Shown: positions 36,149 through 44,132 of the stretch, piece by piece | How the letters are laid out: each line of letters begins with the position of its first letter | Numbering within the stretch: the first letter of the stretch is position 1 | Assembly (NCBI GenBank): GCA_919902105.1 | Contig: CAKKQO010000004.1 | Location: 4,180-58,431 of the forward strand | Source: Omnitrophica bacterium GWA2_41_15 | GTDB taxonomy: Bacteria; Omnitrophota; Gorgyraeia; Ghiorseimicrobiales; Ghiorseimicrobiaceae | DNA: 54,252 nucleotides | Direction of reading: 5' to 3' | The notes under the pieces: generated by a model | What the model saw: the letters and a program-made list of their open reading frames with translations, nothing else | The model's database searches: none | What the model was told of the DNA's origin: nothing | Position numbers and translations under genes: made by a program

Positions 36149-37149
36149 TATTTTGGTTTTTGTTCGGTTAGTTTTCGCCAGTAGTAGCCGCCGACAAATC
36201 CGCCGATTGCTCCAGCCAAGAGAAAAACAAAGAGCAAGAGGTCTCCTTGGTCGGTGTTTATCAAAGGCGCTCGCGCGGCCCTGCCATGTTCCTCGGCATA
36301 TTTTTCTACCACGGTTTCATCAACTCCCGGCCATTCCGCGGCATTTGCTAGTGAAAAACAACTTATAAAAAAAATAGAGAGAAACACAACAACAGCCTTC
36401 GTCACCTTTAAAACTTTCATTTTAATCAGTAAATCCGGCCTTTTTTTATACAAGAGCATAATCATTCCGCTGGTCATCGCGCCTTCAAGGATTCCAAGAG
36501 GCAGCTGTGTCGGTATGAAAGCAACAATAATTTTCCAAAAAAGCGGTAAAAAAGGCGCGCTTCCTTTTATGCCTGCGGTAAGTTCGACTGATGTGGCAAG
36601 ATATGTCGCCCAATCGGCAAATAGCCCAGCAAAAAACGCGGAAACTGCCAAATTTATTTTTAATAAACGTAATGCCTTGAATGTCAAAAATCCCGCGAAT
36701 GAACCTACGACACCCATAGATACTATGTCTGCTCCCCACGTGCTCAAGCCACCGTGTGCCAGGAACAATGCCTGAATCAGGAGTGCCACTGCGGTAATTA
36801 ATATGCTGATAGCCGGGCCGAGAAGTATTCCTGAAATCCCGGTTCCACAGGGATGGCTGCATGTGCCTGCTGTTGGCACAGGTATAGGCATACAGGAAAT
36901 AATAAACACAACTGCTGCCATAAGCCCAACAAGCGGCTTAAATGATATGTCTGAGTTTGAAATCTTCTTTAGCCGGTATAATCCATATGCCACAAATGGC
37001 ACAGCAATCAAAAACCACAATAGCGCCCAGTTGAAGGGTAATATGCCTTCGGAGATGTGCATCGCGCGTGCCGCGCGCGAAAATAGAAAATCGAAAGTTG
37101 AGATTAGACAAAAACAAAAAACAAATTTTAACAACTTAATTCTTTTCAT
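36148..37149 (-). CDS. cbiM: cobalt ECF transporter substrate component, CbiM fused to a CbiN-like C-terminal segment
   Basis: Signal peptide ...SRAARA followed by MHISEGILP (the metal-binding N-terminus of CbiM); C-terminal TDQGDLLLFVFLLAGAIGGFVGGYYW resembles CbiN. Confidence 0.8.
   Translation of the reverse strand: MKRIKLLKFVFCFCLISTFDFLFSRAARAMHISEGILPFNWALLWFLIAVPFVAYGLYRLKKISNSDISFKPLVGLMAAVVFIISCMPIPVPTAGTCSHPCGTGISGILLGPAISILITAVALLIQALFLAHGGLSTWGADIVSMGVVGSFAGFLTFKALRLLKINLAVSAFFAGLFADWATYLATSVELTAGIKGSAPFLPLFWKIIVAFIPTQLPLGILEGAMTSGMIMLLYKKRPDLLIKMKVLKVTKAVVVFLSIFFISCFSLANAAEWPGVDETVVEKYAEEHGRAARAPLINTDQGDLLLFVFLLAGAIGGFVGGYYWRKLTEQKPK
37079..37106. repeat. degenerate heptamer tract (GAAAATA/GAAAATC/GAAAGTT/GAGATTA) in the cbiM signal-peptide region
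   Basis: Read directly; same GAAAATA unit as at 2409-2443. Confidence 0.65.
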
Positions 37150-37786
37150 CAGATAATTTTAACAACGCATTTACAATCGCCGCGGCGACTGTGCTGCCGC
37201 CTTTTCTGCCTAACGCGGTAATGAACGGGTATTGTGTGCGCGCAAGTTCATCCTTTGACTCAACCGCCCTGACAAAACCGACTGGAACGCCGATAATAAG
37301 GGGTAAGGTGTAAGGGGTACGGGGTAAGGAAAATGCAGCTAAAAGCTTAAGTACTTTAAAAAGCGCGGTGGGGGCGTTGCCGATAGCAATGATGCCGATA
37401 TTTTTATTTTCTCTTAGCCCTATTTCTATCCCTCTCTCCGACTTCGTCTCTCTAATTTTTTCTGTCCCCTGTCTTCTGTCTTCTGTCTTCTGAAGATAGC
37501 AGATTACTCTCCCGCCCCATTTTCCAAGCAATTGCTTATTTATCCCTGCTTCTACCATACGCACGTCAACAAGGATATCTTTGCCATTCTTTATTGCTTC
37601 TATTCCTGTTTCTACTGCCTTTGGGTGGAAGCGCAGGTTTTTTGCAAAGTCAAAATCCGCGGTTGTATGGATTACCCGTTTGACAATCGGCAGTTCAATA
37701 TCGCGAAAGCTGTTTTTTCCCAGCTCTTGAGTAATTATCTTAAAGCTTTCCAGCTCGATTTCGTTCGGGGCTAAAATGTCGGACAT
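37136..37786 (-). CDS. cbiC: cobalt-precorrin-8 methylmutase
   Basis: VIHTTADFDF, GNAPTAL, GVPVGFV, GRKGGSTVAAAIVNAL. Confidence 0.9.
   Translation of the reverse strand: MSDILAPNEIELESFKIITQELGKNSFRDIELPIVKRVIHTTADFDFAKNLRFHPKAVETGIEAIKNGKDILVDVRMVEAGINKQLLGKWGGRVICYLQKTEDRRQGTEKIRETKSERGIEIGLRENKNIGIIAIGNAPTALFKVLKLLAAFSLPRTPYTLPLIIGVPVGFVRAVESKDELARTQYPFITALGRKGGSTVAAAIVNALLKLSDEKN
37300..37327. repeat. heptamer tract GGGGTAA x4 (degenerate) inside cbiC
   Basis: Read directly; encodes an extra loop (LPRTPYTLP) between GNAPTAL and GVPVGFV relative to Salmonella CbiC. Confidence 0.8.
37463..37490. repeat. heptamer tract TGTCTTC x3 perfect + 1 degenerate inside cbiC
   Basis: Read directly; encodes QKTEDRRQG. 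Confidence 0.85.
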
Positions 37787-38412
37787 TATATTGCCTCTCT
37801 TATGCGATCTATGACTATATCACATATGCGCGTATCCGGGCCTAAATTTTGAGCGTAGATAAATTTAATCCGCGGATATTTGTCCATTTCATTTTTAATT
37901 GCCTTCGGCAGATCAAAACTAACATGGTTGCCTTTAAAAAGGAAAAACGGGACAATAATTATCTTTTTGCATTTTTTAACGGCAATGTAGCGCACCACCT
38001 TAGCTAAATCCGGCTGATGAAATTGTAAATACGCGGAATAAACATCTTTTAGGCCCAATTCTTTTTTGGCGGCGCTAACAATCTTACGCATGGTGCTGTT
38101 TGCGCTTTTTAGTTTGCTTCCGTGGCTAAGGATAATCACCCCTGTTTTTTCATAGATTTTCACCGGTTTCGCCGCTTGTGGCTTATATTTATCGCGGATT
38201 AACTGAAAAATTTCGTCTACCACGCTTTTTTGATGAATCCAGTTACAATTCTGACAGGACCAAATCTCGCGTTTATCCCTCGCCTGAATAAAATTGCCAC
38301 GGCTTCTGTTTAGGCAGGGATAAAATGGGCAGTAACAGAATGTGCAGTCCTCTAACTTAACATGGCAGGGAAAATATTTACACGCCTTATTTATCCGAAA
38401 TATATTTTTCAT
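37786..38412 (-). CDS. cbiX: small CbiX-type sirohydrochlorin cobaltochelatase fused to an N-terminal Cys-rich domain
   Basis: N-terminal ~60 aa with 10 Cys (CKYFPCH...CTFCYCPFYPC...CQNC); C-terminal GVIILSHGS...IIVPFFLFKGNHV CbiX(S) core. Confidence 0.7.
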   Translation of the reverse strand: MKNIFRINKACKYFPCHVKLEDCTFCYCPFYPCLNRSRGNFIQARDKREIWSCQNCNWIHQKSVVDEIFQLIRDKYKPQAAKPVKIYEKTGVIILSHGSKLKSANSTMRKIVSAAKKELGLKDVYSAYLQFHQPDLAKVVRYIAVKKCKKIIIVPFFLFKGNHVSFDLPKAIKNEMDKYPRIKFIYAQNLGPDTRICDIVIDRIREAI

Positions 38413-38429
38413 TTTTTACCTCTTTTTTA

Positions 38430-38460
38430 ACCATGTCGACCGCGGGGGTCGACATGGTTT
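38430..38460. repeat. intergenic hairpin of the same family as 31324-31354 (cbiA/cbiX spacer)
   Basis: AACCATGTCGACC gcggg GGTCGACATGGTT, perfect 13-bp stem. Confidence 0.85.
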
Positions 38461-38522
38461 TTAGGGGCTAAAATTTTTGCAAGCAGTGATAAAGTTTTTG
38501 GGCCACAAAAGTATTTGTGGCA

Positions 38523-39932
38523 TTACGCAAAATCTAAACGCCAGTTGGCAGATTTTGCGCTACGAAATTTATAATTACGGCATGCTAATATAAAATTTTT
38601 CACAAATTTTATATTAGCCGCGAAATGTAGGTGGGCGTAACCGGCTAATACATTTTTTTTAATTAAGCCATCATAGAAAATGTTACCATTTTTTTCACAT
38701 TGATACGCCCAGTTATTACGCGGCGTCTCAATAAAATGCGACCAATGAAACATATGCGCCCTGATCTTATCGCCCATTTTAGTCAAAACGTTATCGCGCA
38801 ATGCCGTAAGTGTTGCATAACCAAGCCCTGCACGTTTTTTGCCCATCTTTATTTTAGCATTAAAAATCCCTGTAAATGGAAATTTCCGCCCTTTTAAATC
38901 AGTTATTTCTTTGGCCAAATACATTAAGCCGCCGCATTCGGCATATACCGGCATTCCGGCTTTTGCTTTTAGGCGTATATCGCGCATTAATTTTTGATTC
39001 CGCGATAATTTTTGCGCGAAAATTTCGGGAAATCCACCCCCGATATAAATGCCATCAATATTATCCGGCAGCTTTTTATCTGTTAGCGGACTAAAATCCA
39101 CTAAACGCGCGCCAAATTGGCGCAAAATATCAAAATTATCCTGATAATAAAAGTTAAACGCCGCGTCATATGCCACGGCAATAGTTGTTTTCCACGGCAA
39201 AGGATTTTTTGTAAAAATTTTCGCTTTAAAAGGCGCTATCGGTTTAGCCGCGCGCGCGATCGCGATAATTTTTGCGATATCAATATTTTCTTCGGCTTTT
39301 TTCGCTAAAATCCGGCAGAACTTATTAAACGCCTTCTTTTCATAAACCGGAAGGAGCCCAAGATGCCGCTCATCTAACTTTAATTTTTCATCATGCGGCA
39401 GAAATCCCAAAACAGGGATTTTTGCCTGTTCTTCAATGCTCTTTCGCGCAGCTTGGTAGTGCGTTTGGCTCGCAATATTATTTAAAATTACCCCTATCAG
39501 GTTAATTTTCCGGTCAAATTTCTGATACCCTAAGGCCAATGCCGCCAAACTTCTTGAAGATGAACGAGCGTTTATCGCTAAAATTACCGGGGCATTAAGG
39601 ATCTTAGCTAACTCTGCTGTTGAGCCGGCCTCACTATCGCCGGCACCGTCATATAAGCCCATTACGCCTTCAATTAAGGAAATATCCGCTTTTTCTGCCC
39701 GGTGCGCGAATAGTTCCTTTACGGCATCTTCGCAGAGCATCCAACTATCAAGGTTTGCGCAATGCCTTCTGCTTGCGTAACTATGATAGGCACAGTCAAT
39801 ATAATCCGGGCCTGCCTTAAACGGTTGGACTTTTAATCCTCTTTTTGCTAGCGCCAAAGTCAACCCTAGAGTTAGCGTAGTTTTACCCGAACCGCTGTTT
39901 GCGCCTGCTAATATAACTCTTGGGTAACTCAT
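38523..39932 (-). CDS. cbiA: cobyrinate a,c-diamide synthase
   Basis: ILAGANSGSGKTTLTLGL, C-terminal glutamine amidotransferase (YAECGGLMY). Confidence 0.9.
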   Translation of the reverse strand: MSYPRVILAGANSGSGKTTLTLGLTLALAKRGLKVQPFKAGPDYIDCAYHSYASRRHCANLDSWMLCEDAVKELFAHRAEKADISLIEGVMGLYDGAGDSEAGSTAELAKILNAPVILAINARSSSRSLAALALGYQKFDRKINLIGVILNNIASQTHYQAARKSIEEQAKIPVLGFLPHDEKLKLDERHLGLLPVYEKKAFNKFCRILAKKAEENIDIAKIIAIARAAKPIAPFKAKIFTKNPLPWKTTIAVAYDAAFNFYYQDNFDILRQFGARLVDFSPLTDKKLPDNIDGIYIGGGFPEIFAQKLSRNQKLMRDIRLKAKAGMPVYAECGGLMYLAKEITDLKGRKFPFTGIFNAKIKMGKKRAGLGYATLTALRDNVLTKMGDKIRAHMFHWSHFIETPRNNWAYQCEKNGNIFYDGLIKKNVLAGYAHLHFAANIKFVKNFILACRNYKFRSAKSANWRLDFA

Positions 39933-40888
39933 TTTTTTATCAGCCAGAATATGCTGGCACCAATAGCTAATGCAATAAATGATACTATATACATAATCCT
40001 ATTTGCTGTTTTTATGGCCTCGCTGGTCAAAGAATTTTTATCTCTCCCCATAAAAGGCACACAGACCGCTATCCCTTGATAATAATTTATTCCACCCAGC
40101 CGCACTCCCAACAATTCCGCCATAGCGCTCTCTGGAATACGCGAACTTTGGCCGATAATAAACTCTTTTTTTAAAATGACATTTTTAAGCACCGCTTTCG
40201 CGTTTTGGCGTAAGCATATGCCTGTGATAAAAAATAAAACGCCGCTTATTCGCGCCGGGATATAGTTTAACAACTCATCAAGCTTTGCCGATGCCCAGCC
40301 AAAGTCCTTATATTTTTCGTTGCGGCTACCTAGCATCGAATCCAAAGCATTCACGGCCTTATAGGCAACGCAGAGCGGCGCTCCCCCTAAAAAAGCGAAA
40401 AATAAAGGCGAAATAACGCCGTCCACCGTGCTTTCCGCTATGGTTTCAACAGTTGCGCGGGTAATTTCTTTTTCATTAAGGTTATTAGTATCCCTTCCCA
40501 CTATCATTGAGAGATTGCCGCGCGCAGAGCCAATGTCTTTTTTAGAAAGCGCCCAATGAACACGCATACTCTCATCCCGCAGGTCTTTTATGGATAAACA
40601 TACATAGATTAAGAATACCGAAACGAATGCACCGGCTAAATAATTAATCCGATAAAAAAGATTTATAGCGCCAAAACTTACCACGTAGCTTGCGCCCACA
40701 ACAAGTAAAACAACCAACTGTCCGGCTTCCCGCTTATTTTCAAAATGATAAAACATTTTTTCAAAAAAACTGATTAAGCATCCCATCAGGCGCATTGGAT
40801 GCCAGCGCCACTGGGGATCGCCGAATAGCAAATCCATTATAAAGGCAGAGATAATTATAACCGGTTGATTCATCATCGCGTTAATCAT
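39929..40888 (-). CDS. cbiB: adenosylcobinamide-phosphate synthase
   Basis: CobD/CbiB membrane protein pattern (GDPQWRWHPMRLMG, IVGRDT, TVESTVDGV). Confidence 0.9.
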   Translation of the reverse strand: MINAMMNQPVIIISAFIMDLLFGDPQWRWHPMRLMGCLISFFEKMFYHFENKREAGQLVVLLVVGASYVVSFGAINLFYRINYLAGAFVSVFLIYVCLSIKDLRDESMRVHWALSKKDIGSARGNLSMIVGRDTNNLNEKEITRATVETIAESTVDGVISPLFFAFLGGAPLCVAYKAVNALDSMLGSRNEKYKDFGWASAKLDELLNYIPARISGVLFFITGICLRQNAKAVLKNVILKKEFIIGQSSRIPESAMAELLGVRLGGINYYQGIAVCVPFMGRDKNSLTSEAIKTANRIMYIVSFIALAIGASIFWLIKK

Positions 40889-40893
40889 TCAAT

Positions 40894-40951
40894 GGTTGCG
40901 TAGCTAGAAACGTCTTACGCTAAACGCATAACGATTCGAGTTACGCAACCG
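40894..40951. repeat. 58-nt hairpin-forming repeat, copy A (after the SPASM gene)
   Basis: GGTTGCGTAGCTAGAAACGTC-[15 nt]-AACGATTCGAGTTACGCAACCG; its ends pair (GGTTGCGTAGCT / AGTTACGCAACC). Confidence 0.85.
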
Positions 40952-40963
40952 ATAAACGTACAA

Positions 40964-42274
40964 CTATGCTCGATATTCATACCTAAGATTATTCATCAAT
41001 TCCTTGCGCAAAATATATTTTTCCTTGCCTTGGGCTATCAGTTTAAAGGCGTGGCGGATTATCGCCTTATAAAAATTGCAGAATACTGATTTTTGGCGAA
41101 ATTTCCCCAGCGAATATAATTCTGCCGGACAAGGCGAGCCGCAGATATTTCGGAATTCGCAAAGATTACATTCTTCTACATTTTCCACAAACCTGCCGCG
41201 TACTTTTTTAAATGGCGCTGAATCCAACGCCTGCTTTATGCCGCCTTTGAAGATGTTGCCGCCAGAAAAGTCCTTTAACCCGATAAATTCGCCGCAGGGA
41301 ATCATTTCTCCTTTAGCGGTAATGGTAAAAAAACACCTTCCGCCTCCGCAAGGCGAGATATCACACATCAGCCGGCGGGCAAACGGTGAAACAATACCCA
41401 GAAGAATATTAGCAAAGTTGGCGATAATTATCTGCCTGCCTGTCTTCTGTGTAAGCGCAATCGCTGTATCCACTGCTTTTATAAACTCTTTAGTTAGCGC
41501 ATTTTCGTCCGGTTTTAATTTTCGCGAGTATTTCTGCGTAAAACGCATGGGGTTTAACAACAGGCAGGGAACTTTTTTGTTATGCATGAATTTTACGATT
41601 TTAGAAAGATTCGCAACGTTATATTTAGTAAGCGTCGTAATCACGTTTAGTCCGGCATAGCCGTCAAACCATTCCAGCGCCTTTATGACTTTATTGAAAT
41701 TACCGCTCCTTAAACGGTTATTTATTTTCCGGCTATACGAATCAAGCGACAGCCCTACGCCAACTCGGTTTTTAATCAAAAACTCCACGTCTTCTTTTTC
41801 CAGGAGAATGCCGTTTGTCTGCAGACCGAATAAAAATTTATCTTTGAACTTTTCTATTGCGGAAAATACAACGTCTTTCACTAATAAGGGTTCACTGGCA
41901 TGGAAAACGATTACTAATTTTTTACGCCGTAGCCCGATATATTGATAAATTTTATTTAAAATAAGTTCGAGTTCATTTTTTGTCATTGAGCGGCCGTCTC
42001 TACGTATCTTAGGCGGCACATAACAATACGGGCAATTGGCGTTGCATCTATCAGTAGGGTCTATATATACGGCGGACAGCTCTACGCCAAAACGGAAATC
42101 GCGCATTTCTCTATCTAAGCCGGCACCTATCCGGTTATAAGACGATAAAACATTCCTTGGAATTATGGTTGAGCCATTATTGGATTTGGGCAATATTGAC
42201 CAAAAAACATTATCGGCATCAAGGGCAATTTTACGATTATTTGTATTTTCGAATATATTTAAGCCGGTTTGCAT
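40964..42274 (-). CDS. radical SAM / SPASM-domain peptide-maturase-like enzyme
   Basis: CNANCPYC (CX3CX2C); C-terminal CDISPCGGGRC...IPCGEF...CNLCEFRNICGSPCPAE...FCNFY; start set at the ATG at 42274 (GGAG upstream), the ORF track starts at the GTG at 42298. Confidence 0.8.
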   Translation of the reverse strand: MQTGLNIFENTNNRKIALDADNVFWSILPKSNNGSTIIPRNVLSSYNRIGAGLDREMRDFRFGVELSAVYIDPTDRCNANCPYCYVPPKIRRDGRSMTKNELELILNKIYQYIGLRRKKLVIVFHASEPLLVKDVVFSAIEKFKDKFLFGLQTNGILLEKEDVEFLIKNRVGVGLSLDSYSRKINNRLRSGNFNKVIKALEWFDGYAGLNVITTLTKYNVANLSKIVKFMHNKKVPCLLLNPMRFTQKYSRKLKPDENALTKEFIKAVDTAIALTQKTGRQIIIANFANILLGIVSPFARRLMCDISPCGGGRCFFTITAKGEMIPCGEFIGLKDFSGGNIFKGGIKQALDSAPFKKVRGRFVENVEECNLCEFRNICGSPCPAELYSLGKFRQKSVFCNFYKAIIRHAFKLIAQGKEKYILRKELMNNLRYEYRA

Positions 42275-42312
42275 ATTTGCTCCGTGATTAACCAACACGT
42301 TGAACGTAATAC

Positions 42313-42370
42313 GGTTGCGTAGCTGGAAACGTCAAGCGTTTAACGTAAAACGATTCGAGTTACGCAACCG
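42313..42370. repeat. 58-nt hairpin-forming repeat, copy B (between the 51-aa ORF and the SPASM gene)
   Basis: Identical to copy A over 20/21 left and 22/22 right positions; the central 15 nt differ. Confidence 0.85.
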
Positions 42371-42389
42371 CAATACGATAGTCGGATTT

Positions 42390-42545
42390 TTATACAGGCG
42401 ATTCGTTCTTCGGCGCGTCTCCATACATCACGAAATGCGATAGGCCGTTGCCGGTTTTAGCGCATTTTAAACGGTAAGCAATACTACCGTCATTGCTCTT
42501 TTTGCAGTTACTTTGCTTACGAGCTTTTTTTAATTTAGCCGCCAT
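42390..42545 (-). CDS. 51-aa ORF, candidate precursor peptide for the adjacent SPASM enzyme
   Basis: Not in ORF track. AGGAGGG 4 nt upstream of ATG; MAAKLKKARKQSNCKKSNDGSIAYRLKCAKTGNGLSHFVMYGDAPKNESPV. Confidence 0.5.
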   Translation of the reverse strand: MAAKLKKARKQSNCKKSNDGSIAYRLKCAKTGNGLSHFVMYGDAPKNESPV

Positions 42546-42568
42546 ATACCCTCCTTTCTAGTTAATAT

Positions 42569-44089
42569 TTATTTTAATAAGCCGTACAAATAACCAAGAT
42601 CAATATTTTTTTTGACTAAATCCGCTAATTTATCAAATTCTTTTTCACGGTTGAAGTCCGAAAATACTAAATCCCTATGAAGACAATTCTTTCCCTTCGC
42701 GGCGTTGATTAAAAACCTTCTTCTGAAATCTTTATTGTCAAAAATTCCGTGGATATACGTGCCCCAGATACGGTTGTCAGGGCTGATGCATCCGTCTTTC
42801 AACGAAACACGCGCGTTATTCCGCCTTATGACTTTAAAAGCCGGCATATGTTTTTTAATTATAGTTTCGCCATGATGAATTTCGTAACCAGATACATTCG
42901 TATCCCATATCAAATCTCTTCCTTTTACTTGGGATGTTTTCTTGGTTTTTGACAGGCGCGTCTCCATATCAAATAACCCCAAGCCGTCTATCTGCGCGCG
43001 TGAAGATTCTATTCGATATGGGTCATTTATCGTTTTGCCGAGCATCTGAAACCCACCGCAAATGCCGATTAAAATAGTTGTGAGTTGTGGGTTGCGAGTT
43101 GTGAGTATCTTTTCAGCTAAGCCAGATAGCTGCAGCCATTTTAAATCGCCAATGGTGTTTTTAGTACCAGGGAGAATAATGACGTCTGAGCCATCTAATT
43201 CTTGCGGCGTTTTTACATAACGTAAATTTACCATTGGTTCATTTTTTAAGGCATCGAAATCCGTAAAGTTGGAGATATGGGGTAGTTTGATTACGGCAAT
43301 ATTTATTCGATTCTTTTGTATTGTGTATTGTGTATTATGTATTATGTTATCATCGAGTGACACCGAATCTTCTTCGCCTATTTTTATATTATTGTAATAG
43401 GGAATAACGGCTAAAACTTTCTTGCCGGTTTTTTTCTCTAAAAACCTCAAGCCCCCTTGCAGCAATCTTTTATCCCCGCGGAATTTATTAATAATAAAAC
43501 CTTTAATCCTATCGCGCTCATTTTCATCCAGAAGCTCTAAGGTTCCGATAATAGAAGCAAATACGCCACCCTTATCTATATCGCCGACTAAAATTACTTT
43601 AGCATCGGCATATTCCGCCATTTTCATATTTACAAAATCATGTTGCTTTAGGTTTATCTCTGCCGGGCTTCCCGCGCCCTCAATAACAATAATCCTATAG
43701 TTTTGCGCTAGATTTTCATATGACTGATAAACCTTTTTGAGCAGTGATTTTTTGCGCCGCGCGTACTCAACAGCACTCATACTGCCTATTGATACACCCT
43801 GTACAATTACTTGCGCGCGCCTATCCGCGCTGGGTTTAAGCAGTACGGGGTTCATATGTACGTTTGGAGCAATCCCCGCGGCATAAGCCTGTTCTGCCTG
43901 GGCTCTGCCGATTTCTCCGCCGTCAGACGTAACATATGAATTAAGCGCCATATTCTGCGCCTTAAACGGAGCAACCTTAAAACCATCTTGCTTAAATATG
44001 CGGCACAAGGCGGCAGTAATTATGCTTTTACCTACCCCAGAACCTGTCCCGCATATTTGTATTGCTTTTGTCATTATAGTTGCAGACAT
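42569..44089 (-). CDS. cobQ: cobyric acid synthase
   Basis: ICGTGSGVGKSIITAALCR, FKAQNMALNS, C-terminal GATase (ICGGFQMLG). Confidence 0.9.
   Translation of the reverse strand: MSATIMTKAIQICGTGSGVGKSIITAALCRIFKQDGFKVAPFKAQNMALNSYVTSDGGEIGRAQAEQAYAAGIAPNVHMNPVLLKPSADRRAQVIVQGVSIGSMSAVEYARRKKSLLKKVYQSYENLAQNYRIIVIEGAGSPAEINLKQHDFVNMKMAEYADAKVILVGDIDKGGVFASIIGTLELLDENERDRIKGFIINKFRGDKRLLQGGLRFLEKKTGKKVLAVIPYYNNIKIGEEDSVSLDDNIIHNTQYTIQKNRINIAVIKLPHISNFTDFDALKNEPMVNLRYVKTPQELDGSDVIILPGTKNTIGDLKWLQLSGLAEKILTTRNPQLTTILIGICGGFQMLGKTINDPYRIESSRAQIDGLGLFDMETRLSKTKKTSQVKGRDLIWDTNVSGYEIHHGETIIKKHMPAFKVIRRNNARVSLKDGCISPDNRIWGTYIHGIFDNKDFRRRFLINAAKGKNCLHRDLVFSDFNREKEFDKLADLVKKNIDLGYLYGLLK
43077..43104. 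repeat. heptamer tract GTTGTGA x4 (degenerate) inside cobQ
   Basis: Read directly; encodes TTRNPQLTT. Confidence 0.8.
43317..43351. repeat. heptamer tract TGTATTG/TGTATTA x4 + 1 degenerate inside cobQ
   Basis: Read directly; encodes IIHNTQYTIQ. Confidence 0.85.
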
Positions 44090-44091
44090 TA

Positions 44092-44132
44092 CACACCTAC
44101 GCGGTGTGCATAGCGCACACCGCGTAGGTGTG
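44092..44132. repeat. perfect 18-bp-stem hairpin spanning the cobD stop codon and ending 3 nt from the cobQ start
   Basis: CACACCTACGCGGTGTGC atagc GCACACCGCGTAGGTGTG. Confidence 0.9.

Noticed and set aside
40894-42370. The 58-nt repeats as integron attC sites
   Set aside because: The ends do not fit the RYYYAAC / GTTRRRY core sites, and there is no integrase in the window.
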